In this document: positions 37,388 to 47,862 of the stretch, piece by piece
How positions within the stretch are numbered: the stretch's first letter is position 1
How the letters are laid out: each line of letters starts with the position of its first letter
DNA from: a virus
Lineage: Duplodnaviria > Caudoviricetes
Virus record (IMG/VR): IMGVR_UViG_3300031853_000013
Span: 27,113-91,112 of that record
Length of the DNA: 64,000 nt
Strand: one strand, 5' to 3'
The notes under the pieces: model-generated
Databases searched by the model: none
The model's input: the letters and a program-made list of their open reading frames with translations, nothing else
What the model was told of the DNA's origin: nothing
Made by a program: the position numbers and the translations under genes

Positions 37388-40300
37388 TTAATTTTCGTTA
37401 CCGTAATCAACGGCAATATATCCACTATCATCAACGTATAAATTCGGCTGTGTCAGAATGTTTGAGATGACGCTGTTGATCGCAACACCACTCTGCGGAT
37501 TCGCAGATGTCCCGTCATAGGTTTGGTCCACCGTCACAGGAGCGGGGATTATAGGTTTGTTGAGAATCTGCGCCACACCGGATACAGCGTTCCAATCGGC
37601 ATTTACCTGAGCCGCCGGGATAGTCGGCTTATCAGTCAGGTCATTATACGAACCGCTGAAATCAGACTTTGCATTCCACGCCGCCTTATCCGCCGCCGTG
37701 ACAAACTTATGCGCCGATGTGGTATCATCCACGAGGTCGGCATCGAGCTTGTTTGTGGACGTGATTTCCGTCTGCAATCCAGATACAAGATCGGCTACGG
37801 AGAAGTCTACCGTCGTACCGTTATTCAGCGTCAGGATAATCTTATGAGTAGTGTCATCATAAGAACCACCGACAACCATAGTCTCAAGCGGAAGGTCTAC
37901 CACCTGAGCGGTACCAAGAGTGTTACCGTCCTGATCCTTGAGAGTGGTCGTCATGACGTAAGTTGTATTATTAATACTTACATCGATCGAGGAAGCGTAT
38001 TTCGTTGTATCAGGAAGAGCATTTACGTCGCTTGCATTAACGGGCACTGTAATATTCACAGTAACGTCACTTGATGCATCTGAAGAGAACTCGCCGACCT
38101 TTGTGCCGTTCTTCTGAATCTCCAGTGTAGCATCGTTAACCGTAGGAATAGTAGGCTTATTACTAAGGTCATTGTAAGAACCGGAAGTTGCAACAGTAGC
38201 AAGAGTCGGCTTATTGAGAATCTGAGCTACGCCGGAAACTGCATCCCAATCAGAATTAACCTGAGCTGCGGGAATGGTAGGCTTATCGCTAAGGTCGTCA
38301 TATGAGCCAGAAGTTGCGACAGTAGCAAGAGTCGGCTTATTGAGAATTTGAGCAACACCGGAAGCTGCTTCCCAGTCAGAATTGACCTGAGCCGACGGAA
38401 TAGTAGGCTTATTCTTAATGAAATCGTCTGCTGTGCTGTCATTTTGATTCCAATCAGACTGAACATTAGCCTGTGCCCCAGACTCAATGGCCGAGAGCTT
38501 CGTTTTTTCTGCAGTCGTAAAGTCTTCAGTAGAAAGACCCTTACCAGTAACCTTATCAACTTTATCGGCAATAGCCTCAGCGACCGCTACACCCGCCTGT
38601 GCATTGGTAGACGTCGCATCATAAGTCTGGTCTACCGTTGCCGGAGTGAGCTGTGACACATCTACGCCAGTAGCCGCACCATTTACGTAAATCAAACCAT
38701 TCCAGTCAATGGCGAAGGCATTATGACGGGCGATATCGGACATTCCGTTGCCAATGATAAAAGCATAAGTATCATTAGTGTCTTCAAAATTGTATTTGCC
38801 TTGAACGTGCTGACCTTCTGAGGAGGCTTTTGTTCCGAGACCTTCTGCATGGCTAGCAACGCCTGATGCTGTTGTGCCACCACCTTCTGCGTGGCTACCG
38901 TAACCAGAAGCAGTTGTGCCACCACCTTCTGCATGGCTATTATCGCCTGATGCTGTTGTGCCACCACCTTCTGCGTGGCTACCGTAACCAGAAGCAGTTG
39001 TACGGGTGTTTTCAGCATGACTATACTGTCCAGAAGCTTTATTATATGTCAAGTTATTAAACGCCTCTGCGCCAGTACCAGCAGTCACGGTCTGTCCGTC
39101 AATGGTATACTGCTTTCCAGTTGTGATTTCACCTGGTTTTTTGGCGATTGCCTGAGCCACCGCAGTACCAGACTGAGGATTCGTAGACGTAGAATCATAA
39201 GTCTGATCAACGGTTACTGCTGCCGGAATGGTAGGTTTGTCTGTTAGATCGTTGTAAGATCCACTAAAGTCAGACTTAGCGTTCCAAGCGGTTTTATCAG
39301 CAGCGGTTACAAACTTATTAGTAGATGTAGAATCATCTACCAGATCCGCGTCAAGTTTATTAGTAGTTGTGATTTCAGTCTGAAGTCCAGACACAAGATC
39401 AGCCACAGAGAACTCAACAGTATTTCCGTTGTTCAGTGTCAGGATAATCTTATGAGTAGTGTCGTCGTAAGAACCATTAACAACTACTGACTCGAGAGGC
39501 AGATCGATAGTCTGAGCCATCCCAAGAGTGTTACCATCTTGGTCGTTAAGTGCTGCTGTGATGACATAAGTGGTATTGTCAATGCTCAGAGACAGCGAAG
39601 CGCCATACTTTGTAGAAGCAGGCAGAGCATTAACGTCAACTGCGTTCACCGGCACGGTAATATTTACTACAGCATCGGTAGATGCATTAGCTGTAAACTC
39701 GCCAATCTTAGCGCCGTTCTTCTGGATCTCAAGAACTGCGTCGTTCGCAGTAGTGATCGTGGGTTTGTTCTTAATGAAATCATCAGCTGTACTGTCATTT
39801 TGATTCCAGTCAGACTGTACGTTAGCCTCAGCGCCAGTCTCAATATTGTCGAGTTTGGTCTTGTCGTTATCGGTAAAGTCATTAGTAGACAGTCCCTTAC
39901 CGTTAACCTTATCGACCTTATTTGTGATCGCCTCAGCAACTGCTACGCCAGCCTGGGCATGCTCGGAAGTTGGATCATAAACCAGATCGACAATTACACC
40001 CTCGGGAATGTTGGGCTTATTAAGAATCTGAGCAACACCGCTTGTAGCATTCCAGTCAGCATTGACCTGAACGAAAGTAATGTCCGGCTTATTCTTAATG
40101 AAATCATCAGCGGAAGTATCGGTCTGATTCCAATCTGCCTGAACATTGGTCTGTGCACCAGACTCGATGTTATAGAGTTTTGCCTTTTCAGCGGTTGTAA
40201 AGTCCTCGGTCGACAATCCCTTGCCCGCGACTTTGTCGACTTTATCATCAAGCGCTCCAGCAACGGCGGTACCAGACTGCGCGTTAGCCGAGAACGCATT

Positions 40301-40885
40301 GTAAGTCTGATCTACAATAACCGGATCAGGAATTGTAGGCTTGTTCTTAATGAAATCGTCTGCGCTGTTGTCAGTCTGATTCCAATCAACTTGTACATTG
40401 GCATTGGCCCCCGTCTCAATCGAGGAAAGCTTAGCCTTTTCTTCGGTAGTAAAATCCTCAGTAGAAAGTCCTTTACCGGCTACCTTATCCACCTTATTGC
40501 TAAGCGTCTGGTTGATAAGATTAATAGCTTCGGTAATTACTCGGTTCTCTACGGGATTGGTGGATGTAGTACTAAGGGCTGTATCAATTGCGTAATTCGA
40601 GGTACCTGTATACTGCCATTCACCACTATCCAGATAAACATACTCTGCAAACTCGCTTGCGTTAGGCAGGCCTACATAATACATCCATCCGGGCTCTGCA
40701 TTAGACGGAAGATCTGCTACGGTGTCAACACGACCTTTAATTTTAATAGGACTGGACACTGCACCACTAGAAATGAGCTCCCCAAGTGCAATGAGTAACT
40801 CTTCAACACGAGAGAGTGGATGAGGCAGAGTATCCGCCTCACCTAAAAAATATTTAAGAATGTCTTCAACTCTGCTCATATCCAT
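37388..40885 (-). CDS. repetitive tail fibre protein with YadA/Hep-Hag-like head repeats
   Basis: KVDKVxGKGLST, QSDWNQ...FIKNKP, GSYNDL and SHAEGGGTTASG repeats. Confidence 0.85.
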   Translation of the reverse strand: MDMSRVEDILKYFLGEADTLPHPLSRVEELLIALGELISSGAVSSPIKIKGRVDTVADLPSNAEPGWMYYVGLPNASEFAEYVYLDSGEWQYTGTSNYAIDTALSTTSTNPVENRVITEAINLINQTLSNKVDKVAGKGLSTEDFTTEEKAKLSSIETGANANVQVDWNQTDNSADDFIKNKPTIPDPVIVDQTYNAFSANAQSGTAVAGALDDKVDKVAGKGLSTEDFTTAEKAKLYNIESGAQTNVQADWNQTDTSADDFIKNKPDITFVQVNADWNATSGVAQILNKPNIPEGVIVDLVYDPTSEHAQAGVAVAEAITNKVDKVNGKGLSTNDFTDNDKTKLDNIETGAEANVQSDWNQNDSTADDFIKNKPTITTANDAVLEIQKNGAKIGEFTANASTDAVVNITVPVNAVDVNALPASTKYGASLSLSIDNTTYVITAALNDQDGNTLGMAQTIDLPLESVVVNGSYDDTTHKIILTLNNGNTVEFSVADLVSGLQTEITTTNKLDADLVDDSTSTNKFVTAADKTAWNAKSDFSGSYNDLTDKPTIPAAVTVDQTYDSTSTNPQSGTAVAQAIAKKPGEITTGKQYTIDGQTVTAGTGAEAFNNLTYNKASGQYSHAENTRTTASGYGSHAEGGGTTASGDNSHAEGGGTTASGYGSHAEGGGTTASGVASHAEGLGTKASSEGQHVQGKYNFEDTNDTYAFIIGNGMSDIARHNAFAIDWNGLIYVNGAATGVDVSQLTPATVDQTYDATSTNAQAGVAVAEAIADKVDKVTGKGLSTEDFTTAEKTKLSAIESGAQANVQSDWNQNDSTADDFIKNKPTIPSAQVNSDWEAASGVAQILNKPTLATVATSGSYDDLSDKPTIPAAQVNSDWDAVSGVAQILNKPTLATVATSGSYNDLSNKPTIPTVNDATLEIQKNGTKVGEFSSDASSDVTVNITVPVNASDVNALPDTTKYASSIDVSINNTTYVMTTTLKDQDGNTLGTAQVVDLPLETMVVGGSYDDTTHKIILTLNNGTTVDFSVADLVSGLQTEITSTNKLDADLVDDTTSAHKFVTAADKAAWNAKSDFSGSYNDLTDKPTIPAAQVNADWNAVSGVAQILNKPIIPAPVTVDQTYDGTSANPQSGVAINSVISNILTQPNLYVDDSGYIAVDYGNEN

Positions 40886-40922
40886 TAGTAATCTCTCCTT
40901 TGTTTATGCCATTTTGATTTGT

Positions 40923-41657
40923 TTACTGGGCGTTAATGATAGCCAGAATCTCGTCCGGCGTCAGAAGTGTCGGATCCGAGATAAACTGAGTACCGCCCTG
41001 CGGCTGAACCTGAGATTCGCCCCACAGCTTATTCTCGATAAGAGTAAGCTTGGCCCTAAGTTGATCAGTGTTAAAATCAGTAGATCTGATCTTAGCAATA
41101 GAGGTGTTCTTATATCCTGTAACGGGAATCGGAGTAGTGGTAAAGTCGAAGCTAAGCTCGTTAGGCTCCGGACTATCGTTAATAGTCTGATACTCGCGCT
41201 CAGACGGCGAAGCAGTAGCGTTGTAAATGATGTGAATTTCGTAGCCAAGATCAGAACCAGCTACATCGTTACCGATCTGAGTAGTGTAGCACAGGCAGAA
41301 CGGCTTTCTGGACTGCTGACCGATACGAAGCAGACCGCCTTCAGCCAGCGAAGCAGTACCATCACACTCGTCGAACTCCTTAGGAGTCTGATAGCAAGTG
41401 ATCGAACCACCGAAGTCCTCCACACCTCTCAGAGACAGATACTTAATGTTATCAGCATAGAAAGCCTCTTCGTCAGCACCTTCAGGAGACTCGGAGACCG
41501 AAATAAGGCCATTCCAAGCGACACCATTGTTCCATACGATGATGCCGGAGCTAGGATTTACTGTACCGGTGTAAAGTACACCCTTGGAAATACCGGTTTC
41601 ATAGAAGTGTTCACCGGTCTTATCCCATATAAGTCTACCAGTAGTAGGAGTAGGCAT
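40923..41657 (-). CDS. major tail protein
   Basis: WDKTGEHFYETG...GVAWNGL...YADNIKY. Confidence 0.88.
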   Translation of the reverse strand: MPTPTTGRLIWDKTGEHFYETGISKGVLYTGTVNPSSGIIVWNNGVAWNGLISVSESPEGADEEAFYADNIKYLSLRGVEDFGGSITCYQTPKEFDECDGTASLAEGGLLRIGQQSRKPFCLCYTTQIGNDVAGSDLGYEIHIIYNATASPSEREYQTINDSPEPNELSFDFTTTPIPVTGYKNTSIAKIRSTDFNTDQLRAKLTLIENKLWGESQVQPQGGTQFISDPTLLTPDEILAIINAQ

Positions 41658-41670
41658 AATGTATTCCTCC

Positions 41671-41979
41671 TTAATAGTATAAATCGTAGTTATAGTGATT
41701 AAGATTGTCACTAGTGAAAAACGTACTGAGCGAACAATACTTAAAATGTTTAGGTATAAGATCGACTAGTGAATCGTCAGGATCTTTAGTTACATAAGTT
41801 AGCTGATATCGTCTGGTATAGAGATAACTCTCGTCATCAGCTCGAAGATTTTGTGCATTAGATAACTTGTAAATAAAGCACGGAAACTTAATTTTCATAG
41901 TCTCAGGGGGCTGAAAATAGCAATTCGTGCTTCCCAAGAGAGTTCTAAGCTCTCGATCCAGATTCGGTCTGGTGCCCAT
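41671..41979 (-). CDS. tail terminator/completion protein
   Basis: YFQPPE...PCFIY; position before major tail gene. Confidence 0.7.
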   Translation of the reverse strand: MGTRPNLDRELRTLLGSTNCYFQPPETMKIKFPCFIYKLSNAQNLRADDESYLYTRRYQLTYVTKDPDDSLVDLIPKHFKYCSLSTFFTSDNLNHYNYDLYY

Positions 41980-42091
41980 TCTACTTCATCCTCCATTCTT
42001 GACATGAAAAGAGAACGCAACCGTAACACTGTAAGGCAGTCGAGAGTGAGTGTTTTGTACCTTTAGTATTACAGATTACGATGATCCGACA

Positions 42092-42421
42092 TTATTTATT
42101 ATACACGTCTCCAATAGACAAAATAAGTCGAGGGTACTGGACTTCAACGGAACTTACTTCCCACAAAGTTCCTAACCATTCAACATATCTGATCTTATGG
42201 AAATTATTAGAAGCATATGGATCGGCTAATATACTGATCCGAGTAGTAATATTTACATCGTCGTTAAGCTTATTAGCCTGTTTCCATCGACTTGTAAAAG
42301 TATTGAGGTGTTCTCCATAATACTCTTTCTCAACCCAAGTTTCCTCAAAGACACTTGGGTGATTTACGGGATCAGTCTCTACGGTGTCGAGAAACCCAAC
42401 CTTGCCATAGAACTTAGCCAT
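42092..42421 (-). CDS. head closure protein
   Basis: MAKFYGKVGF...ISILADPYA...VQYPRLIL; position after capsid gene. Confidence 0.7.
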   Translation of the reverse strand: MAKFYGKVGFLDTVETDPVNHPSVFEETWVEKEYYGEHLNTFTSRWKQANKLNDDVNITTRISILADPYASNNFHKIRYVEWLGTLWEVSSVEVQYPRLILSIGDVYNK

Positions 42422-42555
42422 AGTCGCACATCCTTCCATTTTGATTAAAAAAGAATGCTCAAAGCCGGTCTTATGGACTGGACCGGCCTCAAGCACCAAA
42501 ACAAGAGAGGAAGCAATTAGTTCTCCCCGATTCTTGTGAAATTAGGGAGCGTTAA

Positions 42556-44463
42556 TTAGCCCTGTGCTGGAACGTACTCGATAACCATTGCAGAGTACGG
42601 CTTAGTCAGAGCACCAGAGCATCTGGTCTCCATCAGGTACTTCATCTGGTTGTAGTCGATGTCGAAATCATCGAAGGTGTTGATCTCACCGCCACGGTCA
42701 GTACCAATTACATAGTCTACCGGGTTAACGATGATACCTGCCAGAGTGTGAACAACAGCCGAAGCGCCCTCACCAACGGTACGAGTTCTGCCGATCATAG
42801 GCTCTACAGTTACAACATCGCGAACGAGCATTGCGGTAGCCAGCTCTTCCTTGGTTCTGTAGAGACGACGGCCGATACCGTCCTCAACCAGCAGCAGGTC
42901 TGCCAGAGTCTCAGCAGTGGTGTAGAATACCGGGTTACCGGAGCCCTTGTAGTCCTTACGAGCACGGATAACGGCCTCGATGAGGTTCTTAGCCTTGGCC
43001 TCAGATGTATCAGATGCTGCAACCGGTACAGCTACCTTGATAGAGAACAGATCTCTATCGGTGTAGATCGGAACGATGCAGTCCTCGTTGATCTTGTCGT
43101 TAGCCTGAGTTACCGGGTCACGACCATCACCGATAAGAGCTGCAACAGCGATCTCCTCATTCAGCATTACACGCATCTCACGACGGATGTATGCAACAAC
43201 GTCGAAGCTGGTGATATCCAGAACATCGTCGCGATCGAGCTTCTGCTTCTTGTATACAGTAGTAGGAGTGATAACTCTACGCAGGAGCTTGAATACTTCC
43301 TCAACCTTCAGATTGCCAGTGATGTAACCTCTAGCGCGAGCCTCCTCAGCAGTGATATCAGCAAAGAGCATCTTGATTCTGGTGAACGGGGACTTCTTTA
43401 CGCCGTTCAGGAAAGAGGTAACCCAAGCCATGTCACGGGAGACGAACTCCGGCTCAGCGGTCATGGTTCTAGCATCCGGGAACAGCCAGTCGATATCCTT
43501 GATACCATAAGTATCAGCGTGTGCCAGGATAGTCTCACGAAGGGAGCCCTTCTTAGGAGCTTCTGCGAAGATAGCGGCGGTCTCACCTCTCAGCTCCTCT
43601 CCATGCATCAGTGCATTTGCATCAGTGGAGTTGATGGTGTTGTAAGTAGCGGTGTCCTGATCGAATACGTTGTGCTTCATAGTGTTTTCATCCTCCTCAT
43701 AGTTATCATCGGAATGTTTAGCAGTAGACTTGTTGTTCTTCAGAGCTTCACCAATCAGGAAATACATAGCCTGCTTCTGCTCTTCGGTCATAGAATTGAT
43801 TACGTCAGCGACGGTCTTATTGGAGTCATCCTTGTCAGCATGCTCAAACTCATCGTCTTCGTCATCATCGTTATCATCTTCATCCAGATCAGCATCGCTG
43901 TCCAGATACTCGTCTTCATCGTCTTCCTCAGGCTCGAAGTCCTCGTCCTTATCAGACAGGAAGAGATTACCCTCCTCATCATGGCAGAGGAACAGCTGAG
44001 TCTCGGTATCGATGATTTCGTCATTGTAAACGAAACCCTGCTCGCCGTATGCTTCCGAACCGTCAGAATGAGCGATGATGTTGTCAATGTATGCGCCAGG
44101 GTTAGCACCGTGCATTACGAGGCTTACCTCACGGATGTTGCCATGGATAACGTCAGAACCATTCTGAGTAAGGCCGTTAGCGTAAATAGAAAGCGCCTCG
44201 ATATCACCGTGCTTTACGGCTTCCTTTGCGGCAAGACCATTCTCAGAGCTATTGAGAGCGCAATAAGCATACACACCCTCTGCTCTGTTCTCAAGCAGTG
44301 CATGGCCTACAACGCTTGCCGGAGAACTATGATCGTGATTCCACATAAGCGGAACTACGTCACAGTCATTGTCCTTGAATGCGTCACGCTTGATGACACG
44401 GCCGTCAGAGCATTTGATGTTGTTTCTAGTGGCCCAACCACTAAAGTCAAACTGATGTGCCAT
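42556..44463 (-). CDS. prohead protease - acidic scaffold - major capsid polyprotein
   Basis: HK97-type protease (WNHDH, ALSIYA, EVSLV..GANPGA), D/E-rich linker, capsid domain ending FDIDYNQMKYLMETRCSG. Confidence 0.9.
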   Translation of the reverse strand: MAHQFDFSGWATRNNIKCSDGRVIKRDAFKDNDCDVVPLMWNHDHSSPASVVGHALLENRAEGVYAYCALNSSENGLAAKEAVKHGDIEALSIYANGLTQNGSDVIHGNIREVSLVMHGANPGAYIDNIIAHSDGSEAYGEQGFVYNDEIIDTETQLFLCHDEEGNLFLSDKDEDFEPEEDDEDEYLDSDADLDEDDNDDDEDDEFEHADKDDSNKTVADVINSMTEEQKQAMYFLIGEALKNNKSTAKHSDDNYEEDENTMKHNVFDQDTATYNTINSTDANALMHGEELRGETAAIFAEAPKKGSLRETILAHADTYGIKDIDWLFPDARTMTAEPEFVSRDMAWVTSFLNGVKKSPFTRIKMLFADITAEEARARGYITGNLKVEEVFKLLRRVITPTTVYKKQKLDRDDVLDITSFDVVAYIRREMRVMLNEEIAVAALIGDGRDPVTQANDKINEDCIVPIYTDRDLFSIKVAVPVAASDTSEAKAKNLIEAVIRARKDYKGSGNPVFYTTAETLADLLLVEDGIGRRLYRTKEELATAMLVRDVVTVEPMIGRTRTVGEGASAVVHTLAGIIVNPVDYVIGTDRGGEINTFDDFDIDYNQMKYLMETRCSGALTKPYSAMVIEYVPAQG

Positions 44464-44469
44464 TTTGAT

Positions 44470-45726
44470 TTATTCCTCCTCTGTATATTGTTCAGAATCA
44501 TCTTCTGTAACGACTGGTGCAGGTTGTGCTTCGTCGGCAGATTGATTAAGATTCTTATTTCTAAGCTCGTTTGCTGCGGGATCATTAACCGGCTTGTAAC
44601 CGACGATCGCTCTAACTTCATTAGACGAGAGAATCTCATTTCTAGTGAATTTATCAGCGATATCCGCTACCTTGTCTACCGGAACGAGCTTAAACGGATC
44701 CCGGAAGAACCATATGCTATGTCTTCGAGTTCGCTGATTTTGTGATAAGAATTTTCTCTTAAACTCATCAGCGATAGCTGCAAGGACTGGCTCTACGGTT
44801 CTGGTATAATAGTTCAGCAACTCTTGTTCGGAAGCACTTCCGTCTAATATCGCCTGCGTGATACCGAGTTGGCTATACAAGTCTGCTCTTAGGTCTTTAA
44901 CTTGCGATGCCAATGTGTTTTCAACAGGTCGGTTCAACTGAATGATCTTCTCCGTACCGTCTGTGTATGCAATGCCATACTTTGAGCCGGTAAGTTGCTG
45001 CTCTATATCTTTTCGTCGATGTTCCGCTTGCTGACGTCTAGCGTCGGTCTTAATTACATACGGAAGCTGAACGATAAGATCAAGTTTGTTACTACTATTC
45101 TGTTCATCCATAATATCAATAAGATTGAGCTTACGAACTAACCGCTTAGCAGTAGAGTTAGGCTCATTCATTACTGAATAGAACGGATTCTCAATAATAG
45201 CTATGGACGTCTTGGGACATGTGATTTCCTTATACTGCCCGTCGCGTTCATCGTATAGACGCACCCGAACCCGATCAGGAAACCACTCGACAATTTTACC
45301 GGTGCGCATAGAGAGAATATCGTACGTGTCAGTAAAATCCGGATTATTGTCTGTAGAAACCGGAACAACTGCTACTACCCCTTCGTCAAACATTGAAAGT
45401 ACTATGTCCAATATAAAAGCACGTCCAGTTTGATCGATGTTGGCTTCGAGAGTCATCCTTTTATTGAGTTCGTCGTCAATGGTTTCCACATACTTGCCGT
45501 TTTCGTCAAGTTTAGCATGTAAGAGATTAATCTGTGCTACATCGTTAGCGATACGGTTATATACAGCGTTCACAACCGATCGGTCATTACCTAATGATAA
45601 AACCGTTCTGTCAGGTCTTACGCTATGCCCGCCATACCAGCTGTAGTCATAATTGTTTCGTTCCTTCGTAGGGTCACGTCCTATAAACGCATTCCACCCA
45701 TGTTGTAATCTAGTTAGAATAGACAT
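44470..45726 (-). CDS. portal protein
   Basis: 418 aa between TerL and protease; VYNRIANDVA, ILSSNEVR. Confidence 0.88.
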   Translation of the reverse strand: MSILTRLQHGWNAFIGRDPTKERNNYDYSWYGGHSVRPDRTVLSLGNDRSVVNAVYNRIANDVAQINLLHAKLDENGKYVETIDDELNKRMTLEANIDQTGRAFILDIVLSMFDEGVVAVVPVSTDNNPDFTDTYDILSMRTGKIVEWFPDRVRVRLYDERDGQYKEITCPKTSIAIIENPFYSVMNEPNSTAKRLVRKLNLIDIMDEQNSSNKLDLIVQLPYVIKTDARRQQAEHRRKDIEQQLTGSKYGIAYTDGTEKIIQLNRPVENTLASQVKDLRADLYSQLGITQAILDGSASEQELLNYYTRTVEPVLAAIADEFKRKFLSQNQRTRRHSIWFFRDPFKLVPVDKVADIADKFTRNEILSSNEVRAIVGYKPVNDPAANELRNKNLNQSADEAQPAPVVTEDDSEQYTEEE

Positions 45727-45734
45727 TGTGTGTA

Positions 45735-46082
45735 TTATTCTCCCTTTAAAAGTTGATCAACGAAAGCAGAACCTAAATCGACTGTCACTTTACCTGTGAT
45801 ATCTCCCATTCGTTCATCATGTAATTTCCACCAGTTGTCATTATATGCTTTTTCGGCTTTGGCGGCTTCGTTTCTAGCAGTTCCGGAGGCGCCTTTATTT
45901 TTCATGAGGTTGGTTTTAAATAACTTATAATCGCTCGCGTCTTGGCTAGCTTTTCTAAGTTTATCCATGCGCTTCTCGCGTATCTCGACCTTATGCTCCT
46001 GGTAGTACTGTTTATTGTACTCCTTTTCAGCGGCCTTTTGTTCAGGGTTTTTGCCCCAGGAATGGTATAAATATTTGGACAT
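45735..46082 (-). CDS. basic 'HSWGK' family protein
   Basis: YLYHSWGKNPEQKAAEKEYNKQYY. Confidence 0.75.
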   Translation of the reverse strand: MSKYLYHSWGKNPEQKAAEKEYNKQYYQEHKVEIREKRMDKLRKASQDASDYKLFKTNLMKNKGASGTARNEAAKAEKAYNDNWWKLHDERMGDITGKVTVDLGSAFVDQLLKGE

Positions 46083-46095
46083 TTATTCACCACCT

Positions 46096-47841
46096 TTAAT
46101 AGAACAAATCCTTATTAGCCTTCCACGCTACATATGCGTCCATCATTGCTGAGACGTTATCGATCTTCTGGTCATTGCGTTTCTTAAGAAGCTTTCGGTT
46201 ACCATTGGTGTCCTCCAAAGTAATGCAGTTACCCATGCAGAACTTCATAAGCTCCTGATCGAACCTAAGCATCCTATCTTCAGACAGAATCTTGAGTTCG
46301 CCAAGAGGTACCGACTCTGTACGTGCACCCTGTATTACTTTTTCGATACCATAGGCTCCATTCTCAGTTTCCCACCGTGTAACAAATTCCTTTGCATTGT
46401 ATGGGTCAAATCCGAAAGACACTATTTCGTAACCGCAGTCTGCGATATACTTATCAACGTCATCGTAGACTTCGTTGATGTCTAGAACAGAACCATCCAT
46501 GACAATCAAACTACCCTCTTGCATAAAGATGTCATAGGTGGCTCTCATAGCAAGAGGAAGTTTGGCGAGAGTTCTGGCGGTTATATAGGATCGAACCTTG
46601 ATACCAAAAGAACCATCTCTAAGTGGGAACATGAATGTAAATGCACAGAAGTCGTCGCCTTGAGACAGGTCAGCACCCATACTACAAGGAAGACCCCAGT
46701 AATCACGTCTTGGATGACAGAGAGTCTCACCATACGTGAAGAAGTATGTGTAACCCTCCATCGGTATTCCGAAACGTTTAGCCAGAATATCATTTCTAGC
46801 AGCGGGTGCTTTCTCGGCTCTGTCAACATCTAGCTGATATGTTTCATATGTGACAGTCTTACCCAGATTAGGATTAGCCTTAAGCCACATGTTAGGATCA
46901 GCAACTTCTTTGATGTCATCAAGTCGATACCACCATATGGATACGTGAGGATTGATGTACTCGCCCTTCAGTATGTCCATAAGTTCCATTTTGATTGTAT
47001 CACCACTTCCATTACGGACAGTACCCTCAGAAGAAATAGCAACAATCAAATAGTCATCAAGCTTAGAAGCTCCCTGCTCAATAGCACCGATAACATCTTC
47101 ACGTACATCGCCAGAAAGCCACTCATCAATGGTGGCAATCTTACAACGCATACCCTGAAGCTTATCGATACTCATCGGACGGATCTCGATAATGGAGCCG
47201 GTTAAGAAATTCTCAATTCCTTTCTTGGTGGATGCTAGTTTACATCGATTGGCTTTGGCGCCTGTAGTATTCTGCAAACTACCTTCGGTTAAGAATTGGA
47301 ATAGCGGACCTCGTGCGCGAGTAATGGACGTTCGAATAGGTGACAAAACCTCTTCCGCTTGGTGCATGGTAGGAGCGGTAGTTATCTGTTGTGTTGTGAA
47401 AGGGTCTATGTTCAAATGATAGCTTTGTATACAGGAAGCATACATGGATTTCGCAGCACCTCTGGCCACAATCAGGTATTGCTTATTGATTAGTCGTTTC
47501 TTTATACGCTTCTTTTCGTAATGTCCTTCAACACCATCCTGTGGAGGTACAAAGACACTACGCTCAATGAAGTAATACCAGCCATAGATTTGCTCAGCCC
47601 ATAATTTAAAGCTATCCAAAAGATGTAAATCTGAGCCATCAGTTAGGGTTAGCTCTGATTCACAATATTTGATAAAGCCTTCAACCGCCTCGTCATCGTA
47701 GTAGATCGAAGGATTATCAATTAGGTCGTCTATGCGGTTCATCTCCATGGAAATTTCCTGATTAACTGGTATTTCTCGTCGAAGTACCGCATCACGAAAC
47801 TTTCCATAATAGATCGGGACCGCCGTGTTACTTAAACTCAT
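46096..47841 (-). CDS. terL: terminase large subunit
   Basis: Walker A VARGAAKS, Walker B ATIDE, nuclease GADLS and KIDNVSA. Confidence 0.95.
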   Translation of the reverse strand: MSLSNTAVPIYYGKFRDAVLRREIPVNQEISMEMNRIDDLIDNPSIYYDDEAVEGFIKYCESELTLTDGSDLHLLDSFKLWAEQIYGWYYFIERSVFVPPQDGVEGHYEKKRIKKRLINKQYLIVARGAAKSMYASCIQSYHLNIDPFTTQQITTAPTMHQAEEVLSPIRTSITRARGPLFQFLTEGSLQNTTGAKANRCKLASTKKGIENFLTGSIIEIRPMSIDKLQGMRCKIATIDEWLSGDVREDVIGAIEQGASKLDDYLIVAISSEGTVRNGSGDTIKMELMDILKGEYINPHVSIWWYRLDDIKEVADPNMWLKANPNLGKTVTYETYQLDVDRAEKAPAARNDILAKRFGIPMEGYTYFFTYGETLCHPRRDYWGLPCSMGADLSQGDDFCAFTFMFPLRDGSFGIKVRSYITARTLAKLPLAMRATYDIFMQEGSLIVMDGSVLDINEVYDDVDKYIADCGYEIVSFGFDPYNAKEFVTRWETENGAYGIEKVIQGARTESVPLGELKILSEDRMLRFDQELMKFCMGNCITLEDTNGNRKLLKKRNDQKIDNVSAMMDAYVAWKANKDLFY

Positions 47842-47862
47842 ACACTAATTGCTTCTTTCATT

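Noticed and set aside
16017-40885. Diversity-generating retroelement acting on LRR or fibre genes
   Set aside because: No reverse transcriptase and no adenine-specific TR/VR pair seen in the window.
41980-42091. Riboswitch in the intergenic gap before the tail terminator gene (also hairpins at 35940..36030)
   Set aside because: Only generic hairpins; I could not match a known aptamer consensus.
42748-44745. 665-aa plus-strand ORF (also 39539..40798, 40860..41702, 50773..51753, 52066..53370)
   Set aside because: Antisense shadows of strongly codon-biased minus-strand genes; no SD or recognisable motifs.
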